Assembly (NCBI GenBank): GCA_964016885.1
Contig: OZ024760.1
Coordinates: forward strand, 7,254,001-7,318,000
DNA from: Eledone cirrhosa
Lineage: Eukaryota
Direction of reading: 5' to 3'
Length of the DNA stretch: 64,000 bases
A program made the translations under genes and the position numbers. Within the stretch, counting starts at the first letter, position 1. The number at the start of each line of letters is the position of its first letter. The notes below the pieces were generated by a model. The model worked only from the letters and a program-made list of their open reading frames with translations, did no database searches and had not been told where the DNA came from. This document shows positions 1 to 13,980 of the stretch, piece by piece.

Positions 1-280
1 TACATATATATATATGTACGTACCTTAAATACAAGACATTATATATACATGTGTGTGTATGTAGACACCTTAAATATGAGACACTATATACAATATATAT
101 TGTAAACGTGGTTGGTGTTAGGAAGGGCATCCAGCTGTAAAATACCTGGCCGAATTTATAGTCCTCGTCAGAGCAGGTACAACATGGCCACCCATGGCCA
201 GACCTGACCCGTGTAACCCATGCAAGCATGAAAAAAATTGACGCTAAACGGAAATGATGACTGAATGATGATATATGTGT

Positions 281-714
281 ATCATCATCATCATCATTTT
301 ACGTCCTCTTTTCCCTGCTTACAAGGGTGGGACGGACACTGATTCTGGCTTGATTTCTACAGCTGGATGCCCTTCCTAACACCAACCTCATTTACAGTGT
401 GGGCTGGGTGCTTTTTTTTTCCGTGGCACCTACACGTCCACTTTACAGTGAGTGCTGGGTGATTTTTTTTTCCGTGGCACCTACACGTCCACTTTACAGT
501 GCGGGCTGGGTGATTTTTTGCCGTGGTACCTCCACAACCACTTTGCAGTGGAATGATAGGGACCCCAGTCCTATCATCTCATTTCTACAGCTGAGTAAAC
601 TGGAGCAATGTGAAATAAAGTGTCTTGCTCAAGGAAACAACACATCATCTGGTCTGAGAATTGAACTCACAACCTTTCGATTGCAAGGCTCTAACCCCTA
701 AGCCATGTGCCTCC
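281..714 (-). mobile_element. tRNA-derived SINE, family A
   Basis: A/B-box-like head, CCTTGAGCAAGACACTT central block, tail ending in (GAT)n; multiple copies in window. Confidence 0.85.
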
Positions 715-1216
715 AATCTATTAATATAATAGCCGTGTAGAGATGACTGAGGAAGGGGTGTGTTTGTATCACTTGTGTGAGTGAGCATGAAGGGACCACC
801 CAACCAAACAACAAACAAACATCTCTTTTGTATATTATGTGTAAATATTACAATTAGCCGTCATTTTTGATGGCACGGGGTCAGCTAGTTTATATATATA
901 TCATCATCGTTTAACATCCATCTTCCACACTAGCATGGGTTGGACGGGTTTGTCCCAATTGAGGCAAGATTGGTCGGGTCACTGTGTCTCGCTCATACAG
1001 AACTGTTTCTGACAGGTTTTCTAAGGTTGGATGCCCTTCCTAACACCAACCACATTTACAGTGTGGACTGGGAGCCTTTTTACCGTGTCTCCTACACAAC
1101 CGCTTTACATGTCGACTGGGTGCTTTTTTACCGTGTCTCCTACACAACCACTTTACATGTGGACTGGGTGCTTTTTGTTGTGTGTGTATATAATATATAT
1201 ATATATGTGCACATAC

Positions 1217-1297
1217 CTTAAATGTAAACTTTGAAGAACTCATTACTTCAATGATATTGAACGCAGCCCAACTAATGTCATAGCCAAGCATTTGAAG
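1217..1297 (-). CDS. AP3D1: AP-3 complex subunit delta, coding exon 3 (gene continues beyond left edge)
   Basis: 81-nt AG/GT-bounded exon translating LQMLGYDISWAAFNIIEVMSSSKFTFK, near-identical to animal AP3D1; phase 0 fits exon 2. Confidence 0.95.
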
Positions 1298-1339
1298 CTG
1301 AAAAACAGAGATACACAAATTATTGATATTGCTATTGTT

Positions 1340-2320
1340 CAACACCACTACCACAACCTACACCACAACCAACACTACCACCAACACTACCACCAACACC
1401 ACCAACACCACAACAACCAACACCACCAACACCTCAACCAACACCAACACTACCACCAACACCACCAACACCTCAACCAACACCACTACCCCAACATCAC
1501 CACAACCAACACCACTACCACCACAACCAACACCACTACAACCAACACCACTACCACTACAACCATCACCACCACTACCACTACCTCAACCACCACAACC
1601 AACACCACTACCAACACCACAACCAACACCACTACCACCACTACCATCAACACAACCAACACCTCAACCACCACTACCAACACCTCAACCACCGCTACCA
1701 ACACCACTACCACCAACACCACTACCACCAACACCACCACCACCCCAACATCACCACAACCAACACAACTACCCCAACACCACCACAACCAACACCACTA
1801 CCACCACAACCAACACCACTACAACCAACACCACTACCACCACTACCAACACCTCAACCACCTCTATCACCACAACCAACACCACTACCAACACCACTAC
1901 CACCACAACCAACACCAGTACCACCACAACCAACACCAGTACCACCACAACCAACACCACTACCACCACAACCAACACCAGTACCACCACTACCATCAAC
2001 ACAACCACCACTACCAACACCTCAACCACCACCACAACCAACACCACTACCACCACAACCAACACCAGTACCACCACTACCATCAACACAACCACCACTA
2101 CCAACACCTCAACCACCACAACCAACACCACTACCACTACAACCAACACCACCACCACCACCACAACCACCACGACCAACACCTCATCCACCACTACCAA
2201 CACCTCAACCACTACAACCAACACCACTACCACCACAACCACCACTACCAACACCTCATCCACCACTACCAACACCACCACAACCAACACCACCACCACC
2301 ACGACTACCACCACCACAAC
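1340..2320. repeat. ACC/AAC low-complexity tract in AP3D1 intron 2
   Basis: Direct inspection. Confidence 0.95.
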
Positions 2321-2421
2321 TGCAGATCTAGCAGCATGGAACAGTAGAGGAAAGGGCTGTGTCTGATGCTCTACCCATTCTGTCAATACACAATCCCCAG
2401 AAATAAACCAACAATACTTAC

Positions 2422-2517
2422 ATAAGTTAATTTGTTCACAGCATTAGACTTGACAGCCATGTTATCTTGTCGAAGTTCTTGTTTTATTTCGTCCAGGCAT
2501 TCTGCTATATATTTGGC
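2422..2517 (-). CDS. AP3D1: AP-3 complex subunit delta, coding exon 2
   Basis: 96-nt exon (ttacag|...|gtaagt) translating AKYIAECLDEIKQELRQDNMAVKSNAVNKLTY. Confidence 0.95.
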
Positions 2518-4053
2518 CTGTAAAAACAAACAAAAGGTGTTTTAAAACAACCATATTATCAACAAATGTATCAATTATATTAGAGGGTCGGACAACATGC
2601 TTTGCAGCATAGAGTTATGACCCCTTTACGTTCTGAGTTGAAATCGTGCCATGGTTAGCTTTGCCTTTCATCCTTAGAGGGAGGATAAAATAAAGCACCA
2701 GTAATGTATTGGGGTTGATTTAATCGACTTTCTCCTCTCCCCCAAAATTCCTGGCCCTCTGCCTAAAGTAGAAATCATTATTATTGCCGAGGTTAACTTT
2801 GCCTTTCATCCTTACGGGGATCGATAAAATAAAGTACCAGTAATGCACTGGGTATTTGCTGGCCTTGTGCCTAAAGTAGAAACAATTATTATATGAGGGT
2901 GGGTTGAAAAGTTAGTTGGCTAGCTATGCAGGAGTGATGCTAGAGCTGTGAAAACTTGCATACATTAAAATGACTGAAAGTACAACACCCCCACTGGACA
3001 GGACGCCAGCCCATCGCAGGGTTAAAGTCTGTCTCGAGCCCAAAGGCCCACTAGGCTTGAGCATATCCTGGTTTCTGTAGTGTTAAGTGACTGAGAGTAC
3101 AATCCCTCTCCCCCAGGACAGGATACCAGCCCATCACAGGGTTAAAGCCAGTCTTGAACCCAAACGCTTATCAGGCTGGTGTTTGCCCCGGTTTCTGTAG
3201 CATTAAGTGACAGAGAGTACAAGACCTCCCCGTGAACAAGACACCAGTCCATCGCAGGGTTACAGTCCCCAGCTATTGCTGATACTCATTTTCAGCTGAA
3301 TATACTAGAGCAACGTGAAATGAAGACCTTTGCTCCAAGAACAACAAACAACCCAAACCCAAGGTCACAGGAAATGAAGTGTTTTGCTCAAGAGCACAAC
3401 ACACACCCCAATCCAATCCAGGGGATCAAACCCACAGCTTTATTATCCCAAGTCCAACACCCTAACCTCTAGGCCATGCTCCTCCACTATATAACAAAGT
3501 TCTACCTACCCACCAACCTACATTCTTAACCACGGTCACCAAGATTTCTTCCAATATCTAGTAGCTGTCACATTAACAACATCTACCGACATTTAATCCC
3601 GAGTCCCACACCCAAACCACTATGCCACGCTAATTCACTCGTTAAGAATGACAGGGGGGAGGGGAATAGAATATTACAAACTAGTAAGTTAAGCAATTTA
3701 AATAATTGAAAAATTAAAATAAATTAGAGTTTTTTTTAGAATAATTTAAACAAGGTTATTCAATTGAAAACACAGGAAATATATTTTGAAAAAGGTGAAA
3801 ATAAGGATGTGGGAGAGGAATGTCTAGAAATAGGGTAGAAAATGATATATATATATATACAAAGAGAGAGAGAGAGAGATTGGCAAGATCTTGTGCGTTC
3901 AGTAAAACTTTTCAAAAGGCTTGCTGAATATACAAGCTGAAATCACTTATAGCCAGTCAGGATTTAACCTCTCTCTATACCCACTCTGCATCTCCTCATG
4001 CATTGAGTACTCCCATGATTAGTGGTCTCCTTGGTTTCAGCAGCACAGACAGA

Positions 4054-4090
<37 letters not shown>

Positions 4091-4091
<1 letters not shown>

Positions 4092-4723
4092 ACACAGTAA
4101 AGAGAGACAAACACAGATATATGACTATCTACATTCAAATCACAAGAGACAGAAACTGCTGGGGGTGAAGAAAATGCACTGTTCATTTTACTGATGTTTG
4201 TGCATTGCCCTATGTACTGTACATGCACTTTTTTGATGAGTTGTGGTGCACCTGGGCACTGTACACAATATTTCATTATTGTTATTGTATCATGACTCAT
4301 ACACTGTTCATTTTCCTGACATTTGTACATTACATTATTCTATGTACTATACATGCACCTTTGATGAGTTGTAGTGCACCTGAGCACTGTACACAATAAT
4401 TTCATTATTATTATTATTATTAAAATACTGACTAAAAATAGTACGGTTTACAGAACTCAAAAGGGTAAATCAGGATATACAAACCTACTATGATAACTAT
4501 CAAGCATCCAGACAGCTTTCGGGTAGAACTGTTTCGCAATTCAGTGAAGAGATATCCCAAAAGCTGTCTGGATGTTTGTTAGTTATCATAGTAGATTTGT
4601 ATATCTCCTTTTGGGTTCTGTAAACCGTACTATTTTTACTCAGTATTTTTTTTTGCCCTGGCGGTTTCTGTCCCTTGTGATTTGAACGTATATATCTGTA
4701 TTCGTCTCTCTTTACTGTGTTAT
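4091..4723. mobile_element. Older diverged fold-back element with internal insertion
   Basis: 4091-4166 pairs with ~4656-4723 and ~4423-4523 with ~4556-4648; (TA)n on the left. Confidence 0.6.
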
Positions 4724-4942
4724 AAGGCTCGGAAAATTTGTTTTTCCTTGAGCTAATTTGATTATAAAGGGACTAGAAGAGGAAGACCAAGGTTAACGTA
4801 TGTTGATGCCCTAAGGACAGACACTGGTCTGTTGGAGACGCAGGACATGGCAGCGATAATGAGGGACAAAGACCGCTGGAGAGAACTCGTCCATGGATCT
4901 CGGGAATTTTACCCGCCTTAGATAGATAGATAGATATATATT

Positions 4943-4977
<35 letters not shown>

Positions 4978-5268
4978 ATATATGGCTGTGAATTGGCAGA
5001 GTTGTTAGAACGTCTGATAAAATGTTTTATGGTATTCCTTCCGGCTTTCTACTCTTTAAGTTCAAATTCTGCTGAGATGAACAAAAAAAGTACCAGTCTA
5101 GTACTGGGGTGGATTCTTCCTCTATATCTCTTTCTCATTTCCTCTCTCTTACTTTCTATCTTTCTCTGGAAAAAATCTGGTTTACTCAGGCCTGGAGAGG
5201 GGGGGGGGGGCTCCGCCAGGCTTAAAATGCCCAAGAAACGCCCCTATGACTATCAGGAGTTATGGGAC

Positions 5269-5305
<37 letters not shown>

Positions 5306-5467
5306 GTATACAAGTAAGAACCAGTATATAAATGAATTAACAGCAGGAAAATACAGAAGTTGTGACTTGTAAGGAATTGTGACAAAATCTGTTTGTATAA
5401 TATTGTAGTATAAATGATTATATATACACACACACACATAAATAATTATATATAATTCATTGTTGTC

Positions 5468-5498
<31 letters not shown>

Positions 5499-5947
5499 TG
5501 TCATTATATAAATAATTATCCAACTGAAAAATTTCAAAATTCTAAACATCAGTTGACTAAAATCTATTATATAGATAGAGATAGACATTACTCAACTTGT
5601 CAAAGTACCACCCACATTCCAATAGGTTTATTGTAGAACTCATGACATCAGGGATCCCTAAACCACCTATTTACAAGAAATGAGTCCCATCAGATGGATT
5701 GGCTTGTTCAGCACACCACCTTCGCTATCATCCAAGGTAAGGCATTCGCGTTTCTATTCACCGAAGCCATAAAACGATATATACATATGCATAAATATGC
5801 ACATATGTACATATATACATACATATATATACATATACACACATATATAAGTATACATATATACACACATATATAGCTCATGTTCATAGAACTGAATAAA
5901 CATTCAACCTTTTTATGGTAATATTTCTAATGAAAGACACTACTTAT

Positions 5948-6286
5948 GATCATCATCATTTCATTTTACGTCCACTTTTCCCTGCTTGCAAGGGTGGGAC
6001 GGGAACTGATTCTGGCTTGATTTCTACAGCTGGATGCCCTTCCTAACACCAACCTCATTTACAGTGAGTGCTGGGTGCTTTTTTGCCGTGGCGCCTCCAC
6101 GACCACTTTGCAGTGGAATGATAGGGACCCCAGTCCCTATCATCTCATTTCTACAGCTGAGTAAACTGGAGCAATGTGAAATAAAGTGTCTTGCTCAAGG
6201 AAACAACACATCACCCGGTCTGAGAATTGAACTCACAACCTTTCGATTGCAAGGTCAATGCTCTAACCACTAAGCCATGTGCCTCC
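5948..6286 (-). mobile_element. tRNA-derived SINE, family A, full length
   Basis: Near-identical to copies at 21855, 23177, 30698 and 61481. Confidence 0.9.
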
Positions 6287-6609
6287 ATATGATGTTCAAA
6301 TAATTATAAAAATAATCAAGAATTTGGAATGATTTAGTAATATAACTAACTTACTCATTCAGTTGGGGTTCAGAACATAATATAACAAAGATTCTTACAT
6401 AAAATTATGACGAAAAGTTTTTAGATCAATATAAACACTTTAAAACAGTTTAGTATTATAGTTCCAGGGGATATTTCTGGTGGTTTTGTATTAAAAGGCT
6501 TAAGTTGGTGTTTGGAACATAACAAAAGTTCTTATAGGAAATGATGATGAAAGGTTTTTAGATAAATATAAACACTTTAAAATAGTTTTGTATTATAAAA
6601 CCAGGGTTA

Positions 6610-7160
6610 GATAGATCCCGAGCAAGATGGTTGGATAACATTCATGAGCTCAGCTGGTCTCGCTTGGGGATCCAGTTGGACCAACTGGAGAGAGACAGTT
6701 GCTTCAAACAGGATCCGCTGGAAGGCACAATAGAGGACTTTGCCCATCACAACCCTCCCAAGAATAGGTGGACATAGAAGATGTGATAACATCCATGAGC
6801 TTGGCTGGTCTCACTAGGAGACCCAGCCAGATCAGTTGGAGACTGTTGCTTCTGACAGCAAACCCAGAGGTAGACCTTGAGCAATATGGTTGGATAGCAT
6901 CCATAAGCTTGGATGGTCTCTGTTGGAGATCCAGCCAGATCAGTTGGAGAGAGACAGTTGCTTATGACAGCAAACGCAGATGTAGACCCCAAGCAAGATG
7001 GTTGGATAACATCCATGAGCTCGGCTGTTCTCATTTGGGGATCCAGCTGGATCAATCGGAGAGAGACAGTTGCTTCTGACAGGACCTGCTGGAAGGAGTA
7101 CTTGAGAACTCTGACCCACTACCACAACCTACTCATGAATAAGTGGGTGAACAAAAAGAA
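6610..7160 (+). mobile_element. Tandemly reiterated LINE 3'-end fragments
   Basis: Four copies of a caagatggttggataacatccatgagc block (ARWLDNIHELGWS-like); single copies at 52.47-52.75 kb (+) and 8.58-8.95 kb (-). Confidence 0.65.
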
Positions 7161-9836
7161 GATGGTTTGGTATAAAGAAAGACAATATCTCACATAAAAA
7201 TGTGATTTGCTGCTTATTAGTAGGAAAAATATACAAAAGGAAATTGAAAAATATAATTATAATTAAGACTGTTTGTTACTTAAAATAAACCAGAAATTAG
7301 TAAACACAGGAGATCTAATTTTGTTAAAGGTAAGAATTCAGATGTAAAAACATGAAAATGTGTGGAAAACAAATATTGAATGAATAGAAAAATGAAATAA
7401 GTTTAGTGTAGATAAGTCTTACATCTACAAGAGATATACCAACAGCAGCTCCCTGTAGATTAAATTAGATGAAAATATAAGTAGTAGAAGACATCAACTA
7501 AAATTAATATTTACATGTTAATTAAAGTTAAATCGTTAATTCTCATGTAAGTGTTTGATTATGTGTGTATATGTGTGATGTCTGAACAAGTATCTTGAGC
7601 AGGACACTTTATTTCAGTTGAGACTGGTAGATGGTATCAGCAATGGTATGACCAACTGAAGCATTGTTTTCTTGGTCTGATTTGATGAGCTTCACCCTAA
7701 CCACCACCCCCTGCTTGGTAAGCGAACAAAGTCTGGGAACTTATCAATTGTTAAAGAAAAATATTCATCTAAAATCTTTTTGCCATAATTGTATGACAAA
7801 ACTGTTATGTCTCACCAAACACCAATTTAATAACTTAGTAATGAGAAAGTTAGTTCTGTTAATTACTAATCCCTTCAAATTGTTAATTTATTTGAAACAC
7901 ACAGTGAAAGAAACTTTAGGTAAAGGTGAGATTTGTGATGTGAGTTATGTGAAGAGAAAGATTTCTATAAGAATATTTTAATAATAGGTGAAATGTAGTT
8001 ATAGGTATATACTCCTAATCATTATTATAGGGCTGAGTTCAAATCCCGCCGAGGTTGACTTTGCCTTTCATCCTTACGGGGTCGATAAAATAAAGTACCA
8101 GTGATGCACTGGGATAATTGCTGGCCTTGTGCCAAAAAGTAGAAACAATTATTATAGGGCAGTGGTTGGTTGAATTGGTAGAGCATTGGACACCATGCTC
8201 CGTGGCATACAGTTACTGCCCTTTGCATTCTGAGTTCAAATCCAACCAAGGTTAGCTTTGCCTTTCATCCTCACGGGGTCAATAAAATAAAGTACCAGTA
8301 ACAAGTGTTTAGATGTGAGAGGTCATTAATTTGGGCAGTATCGGTAGAGGGTTGGACACCATGCTTTGCAGCATAGAGTTATGGACCTTTATGATCTGAG
8401 TTCAAATCCCGCTGAGGTTAACTTTGCCTTTCATCCTTAAGGGGGTCGATAAAATAAAACACCAGTGATGCACTGGGGTAATTGCTGGCCTTGTACCAAA
8501 AGTAGAAACAATTATTTTGTAAGCTTATCAAAATATTCAATGTTTCTCCTACAATTTTCTCATTACTTATTGAACACACTTCTTCGCCCACTTATACCCG
8601 AGAGGGCCATGGGGAGATGAGTCCTCAAACACTCCAGTGGGGCCTGTCAGAAGCAGCTGTCTCCAAATGATCTGGCTAGATTCCCAAGCATGACCAGCCA
8701 AGCTCATGAATGTTATCCAACCATCTTACCCCTGGGTTTCCGACCTGTTGGTTTTGCCCGTAAAATCTGTCCAGCGGTTCTTTCCTGAGACATTCTAAAC
8801 ACATGCTCCTAGTATCGGAGCTGCGATCTCTCAATTTGGAGAAGTAGCGGCTCTACCTGGAGTAACTCTCTGATCTCCGAGCTACACACTTTATCCAATA
8901 ATGTTACTCCAAAGACCCTTCGGAGGAATCCCATTTCAGCTGCTCTTGTATAACCAAATATAATTAGAAGCAGCAGTTGGGTCTTATATTAAATTTGGGA
9001 TGTGAAAGGAATAGGATGTTGGAATGAATAAATGGTGACACTAGGAATAATAGTAAAGTACAGTCTGAATCTCTTAAATCTGGCGGTCTTTGGACTAGAC
9101 CATTTCCCGAACACTGGTGGGATCAGAGAGAAGCTGGAAAACAGAAATCAACCCATAAGTACGGCCTCTATGTAAACATAAGCCTTGCCATTTCATTCTA
9201 GATATATAATAATTGTTTCTACTTTAGGCACAAGGCCAGCAATTACCCAGTACTTTATTTTATCGACCCCGTAAGGATGAAAGGTAAAGTCAACCTCGGC
9301 GGGATTTGAACTCAGATCATAAAGGGACCTAACTATGCTGGAAAGCATGGCGTCCGACCCTCTACCGATACTGCCAATCCACCGCCATTCACCATTCTAG
9401 ATATATAATAATGATTTCTACTATAGGTACAAGGACATCAATTTAGGTAGAAGGGAAAAGTCGATTAAATCACCCCCAGTGCATTATTGGTACTTTATTT
9501 TACTGACCCAGTAAGGTAGATATGTAATAATGTCTTATCAAAACTAGAATAGGGCTGAACCCTTTTGATAGCAGCCCACCCGAAACCACGCTGGTTTTAT
9601 GATATACAACTGCTTATTTTAAAATGCTCAGATTTATATTAAAACTTTCTATCATAATTCTATTTAAGAAATGTTTTGCTGAAAATGAGTACCAGCAGCA
9701 ACAACTGGGGTTTTAACCCTGCGGTGGACTGACATCCTGTCCAGGAGGGAGTCCTGTAATCTCAGTCAGTTAATGCCAAGGAAACCACGATAAGAACAGG
9801 CTTGATAAGCCTTTGGGCTCGAGACAGAGTTTAGAC

Positions 9837-9926
9837 CAGAGGTTTTCAAAGTACCGCCCTTGTGGGTCGTTCAGAAGGTCCAGGGGGCGGTAGAGATGAT
9901 ATAATAGTATATTAAATATCAAATGA

Positions 9927-9957
<31 letters not shown>

Positions 9958-10111
9958 GTAAAATAAAAGATATATAATATTTATTTATACACAGTATATA
10001 TTATTTACAATTTGCGTGTAGGCAGGTCTCTCGGGGAAATAGGGTTGGGAGAGGGGGGGTATTAGGTGGCCGTGAAAGGGGGCGATGGCCCCAAAGGTTT
10101 GAGAACCTCTG
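9837..10111. mobile_element. hAT-type MITE
   Basis: TIRs CAGAGGTTTTCAAA / TTTGAGAACCTCTG; 8-bp TSD gtttagac / ctttagac; related copies near 13254 and 40005-40584. Confidence 0.8.
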
Positions 10112-11539
10112 CTTTAGACTTTAGAATGTTTCAAATATCAGTTTACTAATCAGAATGTCGGTTATCTCGTTAAATTCTTCAAATTTAAAAAAAATCATTT
10201 AATATTTACAGACGACATATTGCTACTTAACTGGTCAGAAGATCATCTTTGACATTGGAAAGGTTTGCTGCCAAGAGATCTAGCTGCTATTTTTAGCATG
10301 TATGGCGATCGCATAGAGATAAGAATCGTTTGTTTGAAGAAACAATGTTGATTTTGGACGTATTTAAACTACCACCACCTCCACAGCCACCGCCATCACT
10401 CCCATCACCAATAACAACATTAGAGCCACTACAGCCATCACTACCACCACCACTAACATTAAAACCACTGCTACAACCATCACAACCATTGCCATCACTA
10501 CCATCACTGAGTTTGTCATGAAATATCCATATCTTAAACGTACTGACCCCATTTTATCTTCTTCGATAAAATATCGAAGTCGTTTATTTATTTGTTCTTT
10601 ACCTACCGTTTTATGTAAATACGAAAACCAAACTAACGTCATTTTATTGCTTATCGATCAAGCTGATCCATGATCGAAAACATTGTAGCCATAACTGACC
10701 TGTCTTTTATTAATTTATATACAGTATATCTCTATCTAAAACTAATTAATTATCCAATACCCGCCCCCTTTTTTTTAAAGACCCTTTTTTTAAAGGGTGT
10801 GATTTGTACGACATTTGGCTGCTATTTCTAACACACCTAACCACCGTCCGTTGGCTCGCAACGCCTTCTTTATAGGTGATTGACATTAAACAAGGTAGAT
10901 AACAACGACATATGCCAGGTGCCTCAACAAAATCCGAAAATATTTCAAATAAAATAACATTTTTTATTATTATTCCTTCCTTTTTTTTTTTTTGGATATC
11001 TAAAACATAACACACACATACCAGTAATTGTACCATACAGTTGAAGAATTGTGATTTCGAATTAAAATTATTTTATTTTATATAATACGGGGAGTTTATC
11101 AACCATATTGGTTAGAAAGAAAATTTGTCTTCTGATAATAAATATTAACGTTGCGATTGATATGTGTGTATATATTATAGGATTTTATACGAATGAAACA
11201 GTTCTGGTCCTGTAGAAATCATTTCTATATATAATAAAGATGTCTATACTCAAGCAATGTATTGAGTACCTTTTTAAACTGTGGTTTCATCCCTACACAA
11301 CTCAGGGACACACACACACCCACATACATATATATATATATAGAGAGAGAGAATTGGATTCACAATCGTGAGGTTGTGAGTTCGATTCCCAGGCCGTGCG
11401 ATGCGTTGTGTCCTTGAGCAAGACATTTTATTTCACGTTGCTCCTTCTGCCTGGAGTTGCGACCGATAGATAGTATTAGCAATTGGAAAGACCAATGGAA
11501 ACATTGTTTCCTCGGTTCGATTAGACGAAAGTCGATCGA

Positions 11540-11598
<59 letters not shown>

Positions 11599-11890
11599 CA
11601 GGATGGATTCGGTTTGAAACTGGTTAGACCATTATTCAACAGAGTACTCGATACTTGGGTTAGTAGAGTATGGTTTTGTTATTATAAAGAATCGAGACCC
11701 GACGGCTGAGCTCTTGCCGTTTCAACAGCTACTCGTAAAATGTTCCTCTTCGGAAAATCACCGTTAATTATATATACATAAACCAAATGAATAAATATAT
11801 GTATATATAGAGAAGGAGACATCGTACGCACATATGTGATAAGCAGGCGAAACTCCAAAGTAACAAGACTCACTATTTAGCCTTAATAAA

Positions 11891-11949
<59 letters not shown>

Positions 11950-11952
<3 letters not shown>

Positions 11953-12136
11953 CGAAGGAAATGTGGTAAGGAACCAGGTGGACCATAACGCACCAAAGTA
12001 CTCAATACTTAGGGTAGTAGAGTGGGTAATAGGAACGAGTAGGACCCCGACGGCTGAGCTCAAGCCGTTTCGACGGCTAATTCGTCGAATTAGCCGTCGA
12101 AACGGCTTGAGCTCAGCCGTCGGGGTCCTACTCGTT

Positions 12137-12141
<5 letters not shown>
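11950..12141 (-). mobile_element. Short copy of the 28.6-kb fold-back family
   Basis: Same tail; perfect 56-bp arms 12029-12084 and 12086-12141 around one T; (TA)n flanks. Confidence 0.75.
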
Positions 12142-12177
<36 letters not shown>

Positions 12178-13559
12178 ACACACACAAGCACACACACACA
12201 GTAATACAGGAAACCAAATTAAATCACGTCCATGTAAGAGGAAGTACTACAATAATTTTTTAATGGCAAAAATCTGTGATTGCAGTCACCTCGCACGATC
12301 AAACGGGATTTAAGTCTTCATCACACCTCCAGTCTTTCTTGCTTTCTAGTGTATCTAGTACTACATTATTAAATGTGCTTTGTTTAATAATAATAATAAT
12401 AAAAATGATTTCTTTATAACAAAGGTTTCTGATTTAGGCACAAGGCCAACAATTTTGAACGAAGGCGGGGGAGGGAGGTGGAGGGCGATTAAACGACCCC
12501 AGGGCGATCTGAAATCAGAATGTAAAGGGACATAATAATGGTTTCTGATTTAGTTACAAGATCAGCAATTTATGGAGAGAGGCAAAAATTGATTAAATCT
12601 ACCCCCACCCAGTGCATTACTGGTACTTTATTTTATCGACCCAGTAAGGATGAAAGGCAAAGTTAACCTCGGCGGGATTTGAAATCAGAATGGCAAGGGC
12701 CGTAACTCTATGCGTCAAATCATGGCGTCCGATCCTCTACTGATACTGCCAATCCAGTGCACTTAATTGTTTCTACTTTTGGCACAAGGCCAGCAATTAA
12801 CCAGTATATTACTGGTACTGTAAAGAGAAATAATTGTTTCTACTTTTGGCACAATGCCAGCAAATACCCAGTGTATTACTGGTACTGTAAAGAGAAATAA
12901 TTGCTTCTACTTTTGGCACAATGCCAGCAATTACGCAGTACATTACTGGTACTTTATTTTATCGACCCCGTAAGGATGAAAGGCAAATCCCTCGGCGGGA
13001 TTTGAACTCAGAATGACAAGGGCCGTAACTCTATACGCCAAAGCAGGGCGTCCGACCCACTACCGATACTGCCAATCCAAACAAAAAAGCAACTGTAGGG
13101 CGTGGTTTGGTGAAGTTATTGGCTGCTATTTCTAGCGAATCGAGCTACCGCGTTAAAAAACTTCCGCTTAGTCCGTAGTTACATGTTAAATTAAACCCCT
13201 TGGTCAGAAGAATTACAACCGTGACCACCACGATATTCAGATATCGTTTATGGCAGGGGTTCTCAAACTTTTTGGGCCACCTCCCCACTCACTGCCACGT
13301 AATACCATCAGCGCCCCCCACCCTATTTCCAGAGAGACCTGCCTACATAGAAATTGTAAATAATATATAATAAATAAAATCAATAATTTATATGATATAT
13401 TCTAAGTATAAATAAATATTATATAGTATTTTACTATATTTATATATAATATGTATCATTTGATATTTAATATACTATTATATCATCTCTACTGCCCCCC
13501 TTGGGCCCCGGTGCCATCTGGACCTCATGCTCAACAGTTTCTTTCAAACACATTCTTTT

Positions 13560-13980
13560 TCAGACTGTTGTTAGGCTCAAAGCACTGCATGCTTTCTGAA
13601 AAGAATCCATGAGATGTTCCATGTCACTCTCGGAATGAGCGACAAGATCCCAGTCATCAGCATACAGAAATTCGCGTATCAGCGATGTCAATATCTTCGA
13701 TTTGGCAGCAAACCTTCTGTCTGACATTGAACATTTTACCTGTTGTTCGATATTTAATGTGAGCAACTTTCAAAAGCCATCAAGGAAACCATTAGAAAAG
13801 TACAACGCAAACAGAGTCGGCGCTGGAATGTCTCTTTGCTTAACACCATTTTCAACCACAATGGGATCAGAGAGCTTACCACCCACATTAACACTTGCCT
13901 TTATTCCATCATGGAAACCTCTCAACACAGACAAATTTATCAGCACACTCGAGCTTCCTGAGAATCTTCCACGGGGCAAT
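13560..13980 (-). mobile_element. RTE-clade LINE RT fragment
   Basis: NGVKQRDIPAPTLF and REFLYADD motifs. Confidence 0.85.

Noticed and set aside
1292-2386. Long Thr/Asn-, His/Gln- or Val-rich ORFs (mucin-like)
   Set aside because: Low-complexity tract open in several frames, lying inside AP3D1 intron 2
6034-6273. Recurrent 79-aa ORF MPFLTPTSF...QCSNH
   Set aside because: Antisense reading of SINE family A; recurrence reflects SINE copy number
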